DNA of 64,000 nucleotides from Nitrospirota bacterium (GTDB lineage Bacteria; Nitrospirota; Nitrospiria; Nitrospirales; NS-4), in the NCBI GenBank assembly GCA_963788195.1, contig CAWBGA010000012.1, forward strand, positions 30,121 to 94,120, given 5' to 3'. Positions 1-10,052 of the stretch are shown here, one piece after another. The notes beneath the pieces are model-generated. The model saw nothing but the letters and a program-made list of their open reading frames with translations, was not told the DNA's origin and ran no database searches. Positions within the stretch are counted from its first letter, which is position 1. Each line of letters opens with the position of its first letter. The position numbers and the translations under genes were made by a program.

Positions 1-517
1 TCCAGTCATAGAAATCCTGCGCCGTCTCGGCATGCCAGACCAACATGCCGGTCTCCAGCAGGTAATAAATCTCGAGTGTGTCCGGTTGGATGCTCAACGG
101 CGAATTGATCCCGCGGCAGGTCACGATCATTTCGATCGGCAATCGCGCGCCGGACCACATCGGGAAGTTCTCCATTGCCCGCATGGTGCCAGGGCCGGCT
201 GTGGTCGTGAAGACGCGGGCGCCACCGAAAGATCCTCCGGCGCATTCAGACATCACACCGAACTCATTCTCGCCACGCATATAGTCGGTGACATAGCCTT
301 CGGCATACAACTCTCCGATCAACGCAGCGGCTTCGCTTTGGGGCGTGATGGGATAGGCCACCATGAGGTCTACGCTGGCTCGCCGGATGGCTTCCTTGAT
401 GACCTCGCTCCCCGTATAGAAAGAAGGAATTCGAGGAGCTTCAAAGAAGAGATGTCGGGGATCAGTGTAGACCTGACCCTTCTTGTTCTTCGTCCCGATG
501 ACAGAATGGCTATCCAT
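1..517 (-). CDS. forA: 2-oxoacid:ferredoxin oxidoreductase alpha subunit, five-subunit For/Por type (5' part; runs off the window edge)
   Basis: Hand translation of the minus strand from ATG 517: MDSHSVIGTKNKKGQ...TGSEVIKEAIRRASVDLMVAYPITPQSE...GENEFG...FTTTAGPG. The YPITPQSE and TTAGPG motifs are typical of OFOR alpha subunits. Not in the ORF track because it is truncated. For versus Por substrate assignment is uncertain. Confidence 0.85.
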   Translation of the reverse strand, partial: MDSHSVIGTKNKKGQVYTDPRHLFFEAPRIPSFYTGSEVIKEAIRRASVDLMVAYPITPQSEAAALIGELYAEGYVTDYMRGENEFGVMSECAGGSFGGARVFTTTAGPGTMRAMENFPMWSGARLPIEMIVTCRGINSPLSIQPDTLEIYYLLETGMLVWHAETAQDFYDW

Positions 518-577
518 CGGTTGGCCTCCTATAGGTGGTGTTCGCGTTTTCTGACATTGCCGGACGCTGCTGCTCCA

Positions 578-1220
578 TCAGTAACCTTTGGCACCGTTTG
601 AATATTGAGCGATACTGTTGAACGGAACGGAGCCTTTGAGTTTTTTGACCCATTCGGCAAAATGCATAATCTTGTCGACACTCAAGTCTCGAAATGAGAG
701 GCAGGCGTCTTCGTGTCCCGCTTGCGCGCACATCGCCATCGTGAAACAGTTCGTTCCACCGCGAATGATCTTCAGGGAGAGATTAGCCTGATGGCAATGC
801 ACGCCAACGAAAACGCATGCGTCGATCTTATTGTGCCAGATCGTAAGATTAGGATGATTTGGGTTAATCTCAACTTCAGGATTGATCTTCGGATACTTCG
901 GTCGATAATCCGGCATGGGAATCAACATCGGCTTTGCGCCTTCGGGCGCGCATTCTTTCATTGTCTCGTACAGAAACCTGATTGCTGTCGCCTTCTTCTT
1001 TGCTTTTTCATTCCACGCCCACAGAACGAGCGGGCCAGGAAAAATGGTAGGGCACTTTGGCCGACATGAAGACTCGCGCCCCATACTCAAAGGCCTCTTC
1101 CTCAGGGACAATTCTTCCATTGATATGAGCTTGGCCAGGGTCGGGCAACGCATTGCCCATGGAGGCCGCTGCCGGCGGCAGAAACGCTTCAGGTCCGGGA
1201 CGAACAAGGTACTGGCTCAT
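578..1220 (-). CDS. forD: 2-oxoacid:ferredoxin oxidoreductase delta subunit (CODH beta-like family), frameshifted near 1050
   Basis: ORF 1008..1220 (MSQYLVRPGPEAFLPPAAASMG...SAKVP) joins ORF 578..1207 (PTIFPGPLVLWAW...MPDYRPKYPKINPE...GVHCHQ) through one extra C in GTGCCCTACC. Lies directly upstream of the alpha subunit. Confidence 0.8.
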
Positions 1221-1491
1221 GAAGGTCCTCAGTAAACTTTACGGTACGATAGACGAGACTTTAGGCTCAAATTATCTACCGTAGACCCTCTGAATGCAAT
1301 CAAAAAGAAGACCTAGCGGTAGCCACAAAAAGAGTCATATTCCCCCAGCGTGTAGGCCTTTCGCCCCCAGTAGAAACAGCGCTTGCTGCAGGGAGCGGGA
1401 GCGCAGGGCGCTTTTATTGCTGTCGCCACATTAGTATCACTTGGTATCACCTTTACCTGTACCTCTTTTAACAGGATACCCCCCGATATAG

Positions 1492-2664
1492 TTATGTGTT
1501 TTTACTGTAAATGAACATGCAGCCCAAATCATCAGCAAATGTCAGGCCGAGCCGGGTCGCACGCAAACGGTCTCCGTTAAACTCTAGCCAGCGGAGATTC
1601 AACGCGGTCTCGATGGGCTTCTGAAACCGCTCCAGGACCATGACCCTGTAGCGGCGCTGTAGCCGTTTCCAATCCACCCCGCTCACAAGGCGTAGACCAA
1701 AGGCAAAGGCTTCCCGTAGTCGTAAATCCTCGTCAGCTTGATCTCGTTCAACAAGCGGGAACGCATCCCGAAGCAATGAAGCATGATACGCGTCCAGCGA
1801 TTCGACGTTCGAAAAACGTTCCCCATTAAGGTACGAATGGGCCGCAGGCCCCAGACCCAGCCATTCCCGATCTATCCAATAGCCAAGATTGTGGCGACAC
1901 ATAAAGCCAGATCGCGCAAAATTCGATATCTCATATTGATGGTACCCTGCCGCCTCGAGAGCGTCGCTTCCCCTTTCGGACATCTTCGCCATCAGCTCAT
2001 CAGTGGCCAGCATGACACGTCCAGCTTCTGCATCATGGGCGAGTCTGGTTCCTTCCTCAACCGTCAGACCGTAGAAGGAAATGTGGTCCGGTTCCAATGC
2101 GATCGCGGAGTTGACATTCGATTCGAGCCGTTCAAGCGATTGGCCAGGCAGGCCGTAGATCAGATCAAGATTTAGATTTGAGAAGCCGCCCTGCCGGGCG
2201 AAGCGGACAGTCCGTTCGATATCGATAGGGGTATGGGGCGATCCTATGGATTTCAACTCCTCGGTATCAAATGATTGCGCTCCCAGGCTCAAGCGGTTGC
2301 ATCCGGCCTCCGTGAGCGCCTTATGCGTGGGTTCATCCAGCCCTGATGGATTTGCTTCGACGGTGATCTCAACAGCAGGATCCACCAGGAACGACCTCCG
2401 GCAGGCCTGCAAAATCTCACGTAACTGATCTGGAGTAAGGCTGGTTGGTGTCCCACCGCCCAGATATATCGACTCTATAACTCGGCCTCGTAAGGCCTGG
2501 CTACGTCCGTATAGGTGAATCTCGCAAAGCAGATCCTTTACAAAAGTCGCAGCCTGCGCCTCACGAAACCCGCGCGTAAAGAAGGAACAGAAGTGGCATC
2601 GCCGCTCGCAGAAAGGAACATGCACGTAAAGCCCGACACTGTCTTCACGAAGGCTTAGGGACAT
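1492..2664 (-). CDS. hemW: radical SAM heme chaperone HemW (HemN-like)
   Basis: YVHVPFCERRCHFC, GGGTPT, EANP, DLIYGLPGQ, YEISNFA and HNLGYW motifs. Confidence 0.92.
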   Translation of the reverse strand: MSLSLREDSVGLYVHVPFCERRCHFCSFFTRGFREAQAATFVKDLLCEIHLYGRSQALRGRVIESIYLGGGTPTSLTPDQLREILQACRRSFLVDPAVEITVEANPSGLDEPTHKALTEAGCNRLSLGAQSFDTEELKSIGSPHTPIDIERTVRFARQGGFSNLNLDLIYGLPGQSLERLESNVNSAIALEPDHISFYGLTVEEGTRLAHDAEAGRVMLATDELMAKMSERGSDALEAAGYHQYEISNFARSGFMCRHNLGYWIDREWLGLGPAAHSYLNGERFSNVESLDAYHASLLRDAFPLVERDQADEDLRLREAFAFGLRLVSGVDWKRLQRRYRVMVLERFQKPIETALNLRWLEFNGDRLRATRLGLTFADDLGCMFIYSKNT

Positions 2665-3504
2665 GTGACGACCATGTTATCTATGAGCCGCGTATCGCCG
2701 ATCCAGACAGCCAGAAGCAGCACCACTCGCTCTTTCACCACCCGCAGTTCAACTAACGTGGCGGGATCCGCCACGGCAGCATAGTCCAGGCGGGCCAAGG
2801 ATTCCCTCTTGATCCCACGAATCATCGCCTGGCGAACTTTCGTCCCCGAACGCTCTCCCTCTCGAACCAAGGCGCGCGCAGCGGTTAACGCGCCGAAGAT
2901 GGCGCGGGCAGCCTTTCGTTCGGGACCTGAGAAGAGGCGGTTCCGCGAACTGAACGCCAATCCATCTAGTTCCCGAACCGTCGGGCAACGGACGATTTGG
3001 ATCGGCAGGTCCAAGTCCCGTACCATCTGCTTTACCACCATCACCTGCTGGATAATCCTTCTGTCCGAAAAAGGCCCGATCCGGACCAATCAGGTGGAAC
3101 AATTTTGTGACAACTGTCGTCACGCCTTCGAAGTGCCCCGGTCGCGACCGTCCCTCAAATTGCTCAGTGAGGTGGTTGACCTTCACCGCGGTCTGAAAAC
3201 TTTCCGGGTAAAGTTCACCCACCTGCGGAAGAAAAACGACGTCGGCTCCTTCCCGTCGGCATAAACGAAGGTCCTCGGCCATTGAACGCGGATACCGATC
3301 CAAGTCCTGCCCCGGACCGAACTGTAGAGGATTCACAAAAATACTGACGGCAACGGCATCTGTCGCGCGTCTTGCGGCACGAATCAGGGACGCGTGACCT
3401 TCATGAAGCGCGCCCATCGTAGGGACGAAGCCAATGCTCTTACCAGATGCGCGGCGGGCGAGCGCCCACGCACGAATCGCTCTACGGGTCCGGATCGTCT
3501 GCAT
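2655..3504 (-). CDS. panC: pantoate--beta-alanine ligase (frameshift near 3050)
   Basis: [29 protein letters not shown] and FGQKDY in one frame; QQ...[15 protein letters not shown]...TRLIDN in the next. Confidence 0.93.
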
Positions 3505-4055
3505 TAAGAAATCGGTAGCCCACAACGCTGTCCCTCCCGACTCCACGGCACTACAGGATCAGGCAAACGACGCACCTCATGTTGATCTCGAACTTCAGCC
3601 AGCAGCGTCGACATTGTCTGGGACAGTACCGGATGCCGGAGGTCCGGGGCCAGTTCGGCAAGAGGAGCCAGCACAAATCGTCGCAGGTGGAGCCGCGGAT
3701 GGGGTACGATCAATCCGTTCGGCCCCGGCTCATTTATGACGTGATTCCCATAGAACAGAAGATCGAGGTCAAGCGTCCTCGGGCCGCTGCGATCCTGAAG
3801 ATTTCGCCCGAGACCGCGTTCCGTCTCTAACAATATCTCCATGAGCCGATGAATTGGCAACTGCGTTTCCACCCGTGCCACGAGGTTGAGAAATGGCCCG
3901 CCGACATCGCCGACTGGTTCAGTTTCGTACGCCGAAGAATATCCGCTCAGCGCGCTTCGGGGGAGCATACCTAGCAGGCCCAGCGCGCGGGAGCAGAAGT
4001 CCCGCCGATCGCCGAGATTCGAGCCGATGCCGATATACGCGTCAACCTTTGGCAT
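3504..4055 (-). CDS. folK: 2-amino-4-hydroxy-6-hydroxymethyldihydropteridine diphosphokinase
   Basis: [25 protein letters not shown] and [15 protein letters not shown] motifs. Confidence 0.95.
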   Translation of the reverse strand: MPKVDAYIGIGSNLGDRRDFCSRALGLLGMLPRSALSGYSSAYETEPVGDVGGPFLNLVARVETQLPIHRLMEILLETERGLGRNLQDRSGPRTLDLDLLFYGNHVINEPGPNGLIVPHPRLHLRRFVLAPLAELAPDLRHPVLSQTMSTLLAEVRDQHEVRRLPDPVVPWSREGQRCGLPIS

Positions 4056-5230
4056 CCAGTCCTATCTTCTCAATACGCTCCACCGCCTCCGCCAGGCGTT
4101 CCTTTTGAAGTACACAGTGTCATTCGGATATAGCCTTCGCCCGCCTGGCCAAACCCATTGCCCGGCGTGGTCACGATGCCGCCCTTCTCCAGCAGATGCG
4201 CGGTGAATGCCGTTGACGTAAACCCCTTCGGTACGGTGATCCAGACATAAAACGCGGCGTGGAGCGGCTCAACCTCAAGGCCGATTCGCTTCAGGCCGGT
4301 CAAGAGCAGATCGCGCCGCTCCTGGTAGATGGAACGAATGCCGTCCACCAGGGCCTCCCCGGACTCTAACGCCGCGATTCCTGCCTCCTGCACCGCCTGA
4401 AATACTCCTGAGTCGAGGTTGCTCTTTACTTTGCCCAACGCCGCGAGGACTTGCGCGTTCCCGACGGCGAAGCCGATGCGCCAGCCGGTCATGTTGAAGG
4501 TCTTCGACAAGGAATGAAACTCCACCCCGACGTCTTTGGCACCCTCAGCTTCCAGGAAGCTCGCGGGACGGCGCCCGTCGTAATAAATCTCAGAATATGC
4601 GGCATCATGGCAGATGATGATCTTGTGTTCCTGCGCGAACTCCACCACGCGCCTGAAAAACTCTTTCCCCGCCGTCGCCGAAGTCGGATTGTTCGGATAG
4701 TTGAGGAACATAAGCTTCGCCTTGCGCGCGACCTCGGAAGGGATGGCCGCGAGGTCGGGGATGTAATGATTGGCCTTGGTCAGCGGCATCATGTAAGTGG
4801 TGGCTCCCGCAAAACCGGCGGCCACCGGGTAGACAGGGTAGCCGGGTGTCGGTACCAACACGACATCTCCTGGATTGACCAACGCAAGCGGGACGTGCCC
4901 AATCCCTTCCTTGGAACCGATGAGCGTGAGTACCTCGTTTGCAGCAGCCAGCGTGACCCCAAAACGACGTTGGTACCACTTCGCCACCGCTTCGCGAAAC
5001 GTGAGCATCCCCTCATACGATGGATACTGATGGTGCTTGGGATTACCCACTTCCTGTCGCATCCGGTCGATGATCGGCGCCGGTGTCGGCAGGTCGGGAT
5101 CGCCGATGCCCAGGTTGATGATGTCCATCCCCCGCGCAATGGCTTTTTTCTTCATCTCATCAATCGCCGCGAAGAGATACGGCGGAAGGGTCTGAATCCG
5201 ATCAGCAGGTTCGATTGAAAAGCCGGCCAT
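4042..5230 (-). CDS. dapL: LL-diaminopimelate aminotransferase (class I/II PLP aminotransferase); probable frameshift near 4105
   Basis: LPPYLFA, LGIGDPD, GSKEGIGH, LNYPNNPT and SLSKTFNMTGWRIG motifs. A natural C-terminus (ERLAEAVERIEKIG) appears in another frame after an A-run. Confidence 0.85.
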
Positions 5231-5330
5231 GTCAGTCTGCTCCTTATAAGAATGACTTACAGCGTACTGCAGCGGGCGTGGAAAAGAAACGGGTTTTTGA
5301 CAGATACCAGATGCCATGTTAGCGTGCGCT

Positions 5331-6617
5331 ATGGCGCGAAAGCGAATAGGTGCCTGGGTCTGTTTTGGGATACTTATACTTACGTGGGCGGCGGCCGGTT
5401 CCGCCGCTGAGCGTCAGGTCTCTTCTCTTCGTGTCCTCATCCTAGAGTATCTTGCAATCGAGGATGGCCTCAAGGCGGACGATTTGCTCCGGCAGATCGT
5501 AAGCCGCGACGATGCCACATTGACAACTGTGACGTCGATTCTCCGAGAGGGTAGAAGCTACATGTCAGCCCCTGTTGGATTGCAGCCGGGGCAGGAAATA
5601 GCGGTTGGTACCCGAGTCTTCGAATATGGTCTGTATGTCCCCAAGAACTACCGCCCCGAACAGGCATACCCGCTTGTGGTTTGCCTTCACGGAGCCGGCT
5701 TCACCGGGGATGCATATCTCGAACGGTGGCAGACGCGACTGGGAGACAGTTACATCCTGGCATGCCCCACGCTGATGCATGCCGACTGGTGGACCCGCAC
5801 CGCGGAAGAACTGGTGTTGACGACCATTCGGGCCATCACCGCGACGTACCATGTGGACCCGGACCGCGTATTCCTCACCGGTATGTCGAACGGTGGAATC
5901 GGCGCCTATCTAATAGGAGCTCATCATGCCCATCGGTTTGCGGCGGTTCTGCCGATGGCCAGTGGTCTGGATAGCGTATTGATGCCCTTCCTTGAGAATT
6001 TTTACGCAACTCCGCTGTATATCATCCACGGCGCACAAGATCAGGTCATGCCCGTCGAACTCAGTCGCTCGATCGTCGATGTGCTTACAGCATTGAACTA
6101 TACCTATGTCTACCGCGAGCACGATCAGGTCCATCCGATGGCCGGCGGTCATTTTTTTCCACGGGACGAGCTCGGTGATTTGGTAGCATGGCTGGGGCGG
6201 CAACATCGAGACCGTTACCCAAAGAGGCTCAGAGTTGTAGAGGACGCCTCACACCTTCAGCGTTTCGGCTGGTTACGGATCGATGCGACAGATCACATTG
6301 CTTCCTTTACGGAGGCACTGGTTGATCGCCAAGATCAGGCTATCAAGTCCCGTCTGTATGCCAGACTAGACGCCACGATCACCGACAATACCATTGTCGT
6401 GCAATCCCAGCGTGTTCGCCGCTGTACCCTGTTCCTCAATGAGAAACTCATCGACCTCACTCGGCCGATCACCGTCATCACTAACGGAACTGTCAGCGTG
6501 AATGCGGTGATCGTCCCTCAGGTTCAGACGCTCCTGAAGGAAGCCCGCGCGCGTCACGATCAGGGGACGCTGTATCCTGCCTCCGTCACTGTCGACGTAT
6601 CGACCCCTGCGCAGTGA
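5331..6617 (+). CDS. exported alpha/beta-hydrolase (esterase/phospholipase-like) with C-terminal extension
   Basis: Signal peptide; LHGAG oxyanion motif, GMSNGG nucleophile elbow, HGAQD and GHF catalytic residues. Confidence 0.8.
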   Translation: MARKRIGAWVCFGILILTWAAAGSAAERQVSSLRVLILEYLAIEDGLKADDLLRQIVSRDDATLTTVTSILREGRSYMSAPVGLQPGQEIAVGTRVFEYGLYVPKNYRPEQAYPLVVCLHGAGFTGDAYLERWQTRLGDSYILACPTLMHADWWTRTAEELVLTTIRAITATYHVDPDRVFLTGMSNGGIGAYLIGAHHAHRFAAVLPMASGLDSVLMPFLENFYATPLYIIHGAQDQVMPVELSRSIVDVLTALNYTYVYREHDQVHPMAGGHFFPRDELGDLVAWLGRQHRDRYPKRLRVVEDASHLQRFGWLRIDATDHIASFTEALVDRQDQAIKSRLYARLDATITDNTIVVQSQRVRRCTLFLNEKLIDLTRPITVITNGTVSVNAVIVPQVQTLLKEARARHDQGTLYPASVTVDVSTPAQ

Positions 6618-6772
6618 TATTGGCTCAGCGTTTTTGGCCCGCGGCCCTCTAAACGCCAGGGTGCGGAGGTTGGACATTTCCGAAGGCGAAACGGACTCTT
6701 TGTACAGGGCCGGCGCTACATCTTAGGGTCATAATCAAGCTCACGACAGCAATTGAAATCGGCTCAGGTAGC

Positions 6773-7564
6773 ATGCTCGTCCATATCATCGCGGACTATG
6801 GGATCGGCGATCTTGCGTTCGCTGAAGTCGTGCAGCGGATCGAGGTCCATCTTCCGGATGCAGAGTTTGTCCTCACCTCGGTTCCGCCTTTTGCGACTCT
6901 GGCCGCAGGATTCTGCATCGCACAGTTAGCCTTGAACCCAGCGCCCCCATACACCCTCGTCTACCATAACATCGCTCCCCGTCAGGATGACGAAGACCCT
7001 CGCAGAGGCAATTCCGGAGAGAGGTTGGCATTCGCGCGCCTTGCCACCGGGGTTCACGTCATCGGCGTCAATTCCGGATACACCTTCTCTTTTCTCCGCA
7101 ACGCGGCCGAGGAATTGCGGTGGGCGGCGGTAGCGGCAGAGGGGTCGCAGTTCCGATCGCGGGATCTATTTCCGCAGGCCGCGGCAGCCATCATCCTTGG
7201 GAAAAGTGGCTCGCTCGGGGAGGCTATCAAGCAAGACGACATTCCCGAGGTCCCGGACAACCAGCTTGCGTACATCGATGGCTACGGAAACATGAAGACC
7301 ACGGTAAGAGCTGACCAAAAACGCCCGCCGGCCAGGACAATCGTCACTGTCACAATAGGAAGCCGCACGGAGAAAGCGGTGTTTTCCGACGATTCCTTCG
7401 GAGTCCCGGTCGGTCAGCTGGCGTTTGCGCCCGGAAGCAGCGGGTGGACCATACGTGGCCGGGAGACCCGCTGGATGGAACTGTTCCTTCGCGGAGGCAG
7501 TGCGTGGGAAGCCTTCGGCCGGCCACCAGTTGGGTCAAGGATTCACTTGGAATGGATGATCTGA
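6773..7564 (+). CDS. SAM-dependent hydroxide adenosyltransferase/halogenase family (DUF62) protein, divergent
   Basis: N-terminal IADYG..D, SQFRSRDLF, YIDGYGNMKT and ELFLRGGSA motifs match the DUF62/fluorinase fold pattern. Confidence 0.8.
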   Translation: MLVHIIADYGIGDLAFAEVVQRIEVHLPDAEFVLTSVPPFATLAAGFCIAQLALNPAPPYTLVYHNIAPRQDDEDPRRGNSGERLAFARLATGVHVIGVNSGYTFSFLRNAAEELRWAAVAAEGSQFRSRDLFPQAAAAIILGKSGSLGEAIKQDDIPEVPDNQLAYIDGYGNMKTTVRADQKRPPARTIVTVTIGSRTEKAVFSDDSFGVPVGQLAFAPGSSGWTIRGRETRWMELFLRGGSAWEAFGRPPVGSRIHLEWMI

Positions 7565-7629
7565 AAAGGCCTCCCCTTCAATGGCGGGAAGAGCCTTCAC
7601 GGCAGTGAGGAGACTTCGCGACAGAATCC

Positions 7630-8484
7630 TTAACAGGCTTTGCGCAAACGCCGTCTCCAGGCAAAAAGGCCAGCCAAACCTGATCCCAAAAGGACGAGAG
7701 AAGCCGGCTCAGGGACACCGGTGGGGGTGGGTTCAAATCCGCCGTCTGTAATTTGGACATTGCCGGCCAAGGTGGTCGCCTGGTTGTTTGTATCCAAATC
7801 CACGGGGTTCAGCCCTCCTATCGCCCCGAACGAATTATGAGTGGGATCGTTAATGTCATCAAAGGTGAGACCAAGGGATGCGCCAAACGGTGTGACATTG
7901 AACGGAGGAGCAGGCGGAATCGACGACACAGTGACCGGAAGATAACTATAAAGGCTCGACGTGGGTCCAGTAATATTAGTCGTCAGGCAACTGCCACTGG
8001 CAGGGAAGCACTCAGCGAGAGCGAGCAATCCTTTGCCGCTGTTGACAAAAGCCGTAATATCAGCTTTACGTGCGATCAATCCATCGAGTTCTGCCTGGGT
8101 GAGCAATCCGCCAAACGATGAAGCGACGGCAATTGCAGTATAGTTGGAAAAATTAACGGTGGCCAGTTCTGCCGCATTCACGCGATCATAATTCGTACCT
8201 AACGTTAAACCAATTGCCGTCAGCCCTAGCTCCCCCGCTCGATAGCCTGAGGGAGGGGAAATCCTTGATTCTACCCACAAAAATTTTGAAGCCGCTCCGT
8301 CGTCAAAAGTGCCACCAGTGACGAAGTTAAGGCCTTGCTGCAGCAGATTTTCTGCGCCAGCCGAATCCTGGGCATGGAAGTCCGGATCATGACCCGTTAA
8401 GAAAATCGGACCGGCCCACGCAATGGCCGGCACCAAAAACAAAGTCATCGCCAGGGCGACCACATAACCTCTCGAGATTCTCAT
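7630..8484 (-). CDS. PEP-CTERM sorting domain-containing surface protein
   Basis: Signal peptide (AWA); Gly/Thr/Ser-rich body; C-terminal VPEPASLVLLGSGLAGLFAWRRRLRK. Confidence 0.92.
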   Translation of the reverse strand: MRISRGYVVALAMTLFLVPAIAWAGPIFLTGHDPDFHAQDSAGAENLLQQGLNFVTGGTFDDGAASKFLWVESRISPPSGYRAGELGLTAIGLTLGTNYDRVNAAELATVNFSNYTAIAVASSFGGLLTQAELDGLIARKADITAFVNSGKGLLALAECFPASGSCLTTNITGPTSSLYSYLPVTVSSIPPAPPFNVTPFGASLGLTFDDINDPTHNSFGAIGGLNPVDLDTNNQATTLAGNVQITDGGFEPTPTGVPEPASLVLLGSGLAGLFAWRRRLRKAC

Positions 8485-8566
8485 GACCCCTCCCAGTTTC
8501 CGGATGACCTTGCACATCATCAGAGTGGCAAGTATATAAACAGCATTTACTATAGCTACTATAGCA

Positions 8567-8580
8567 GCAATTACCGTGCC
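8567..8580 (-). promoter_or_regulatory. sigma54 (-24/-12) promoter of the PEP-CTERM gene
   Basis: Minus strand reads GGCACGGTAATTGC (GG-N10-GC, near-consensus TGGCACG-N4-TTGC), ~80 bp upstream of the ATG. Confidence 0.75.
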
Positions 8581-8835
8581 CTGACTTTCGAGGGGGCCCT
8601 AGGTCGTTTAGATAAGAAGAAGAATTTGAGAATCATCTTCCGTAAAACTAAGCAGGCACAAGGCACCCTGTCAGAAATCTCGACACTCGCCAACAATGAC
8701 GAAGACCGATGAAACACCTGGACTTTGCCATAAGGCGCTGATATTAAAAGAAAAGTAGGGTGCGGGCTTGTACAGTCTTTTCAGCGCGAGAACTGTGAAA
8801 GTGACAACTTTTCTGACAGGATTGTTTATCCTAGG

Positions 8836-9927
8836 TTAATTTGCTGATCGATCAAAGTCTTTGAGTCTCACGGGGAGACGCTTGGCGCCCCACGTGCCGG
8901 GCGGACCATCGAAAACACCGGCACAAGAAGCTCCGCAATCGCGGCAGCGACCATCATCCGTGAGGTTCCATTCGGTCATCACATACCAGTCCCGGCCAAT
9001 AGTCTTAGTACCGCAATCGTGACAGTACGTACTGCTGCCGGCTTCGTCGTGGATGTTGCCGGTATAGGGATAGCGGATCCCATTCTTCACAGCAATCCGG
9101 CGGGCGCGGGTCAGCGTGTCTGACGGTGTGGGAGGCTTTGCCAGCATCTTCCAATCAGGGTGAAACGCTGTAAAATGGACTGGCACGTCCGCACCCAAAT
9201 GCTCCATCACCCATTGCGTCAGTTCTTCAATTTCCGCTTCCGAGTCATTTTCTCCGGGGATCAGCAGGGTCGTGATCTCAAACCAGACCTTCGTTTCCCG
9301 CTTTAGGTAGATCAACGTCTCCAGCACCGGCCCCAAATGCGACGCGGTGATCTCCTTGTAGAACTTCTCGGTAAAGGCTTTAAGATCCACGTTCGCCGCG
9401 TCCATGTAGCGGTAGAACTCCGCGCGAGGCTCGGGACAGACATACCCCGCCGTCACCGCGACAGTCAAAATACCAAGTTCATGGCAGGCCTGAGCGACGT
9501 CGATCGCGTACTCATGAAAGATGACGGGATCGTTGTACGTAAACGCGACGCTGCGGCATCCAAGTTCATGGGCAGCGCGGGCAATGGTCTCCGGGGACGC
9601 GGCATCGGCCAGAGTATCGATTTCCCGCGACTTGCTGATATCCCAATTTTGACAGAACTTGCAAGAAAGGTTGCACCCGGCCGTCCCGAAGGAGAGGACC
9701 GCCGTCCCCGGCAAGAAATGATTCAACGGCTTTTTCTCGATCGGATCGATGCAAAACCCGCTGGACCGGCCATAGGTGGTGAGCATCACTTCGCCACCTT
9801 CACAGGCGCGCACAAAGCACAGGCCCCGCTGGCCCTCTTGCAATTTACACAAGCGCGGGCAGAGGTCACACTGGACCCGCCCATCGTCCAGGCGATGCCA
9901 ATATTTAGTGGGTACTATGGAGCTCAT
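8836..9927 (-). CDS. amrS: AmmeMemoRadiSam system radical SAM enzyme
   Basis: N-terminal CDLCPRLC...GLCFVR, IDPIEKKPLNHF, GCNLSCKFCQNWDIS, FTYNDP and FTAFHPD motifs. Confidence 0.9.
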   Translation of the reverse strand: MSSIVPTKYWHRLDDGRVQCDLCPRLCKLQEGQRGLCFVRACEGGEVMLTTYGRSSGFCIDPIEKKPLNHFLPGTAVLSFGTAGCNLSCKFCQNWDISKSREIDTLADAASPETIARAAHELGCRSVAFTYNDPVIFHEYAIDVAQACHELGILTVAVTAGYVCPEPRAEFYRYMDAANVDLKAFTEKFYKEITASHLGPVLETLIYLKRETKVWFEITTLLIPGENDSEAEIEELTQWVMEHLGADVPVHFTAFHPDWKMLAKPPTPSDTLTRARRIAVKNGIRYPYTGNIHDEAGSSTYCHDCGTKTIGRDWYVMTEWNLTDDGRCRDCGASCAGVFDGPPGTWGAKRLPVRLKDFDRSAN

Positions 9928-10052
9928 CCGCCCATCCCTAAGCGTCAATTATTATATCAAATTCGCTGAGGATAGGCTGTGTCACCAGTTACATCGATTG
10001 TTGAATTGTGCTTCGGCTGTGCGGGACGTGCAGATTAGAAACTAGGCTCAAG

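Noticed and set aside
32..601. Plus-strand 189-aa ORF and the many other antisense or overlapping ORFs in the track
   Set aside because: Shadow ORFs opposite well-supported genes in GC-rich DNA, with no motifs
1376..1416. GC-rich hairpin with T-run in the forD-hemW spacer as a terminator or riboswitch
   Set aside because: The stem is imperfect, the T-run is on the strand opposite to the flanking genes, and no riboswitch consensus was recognised
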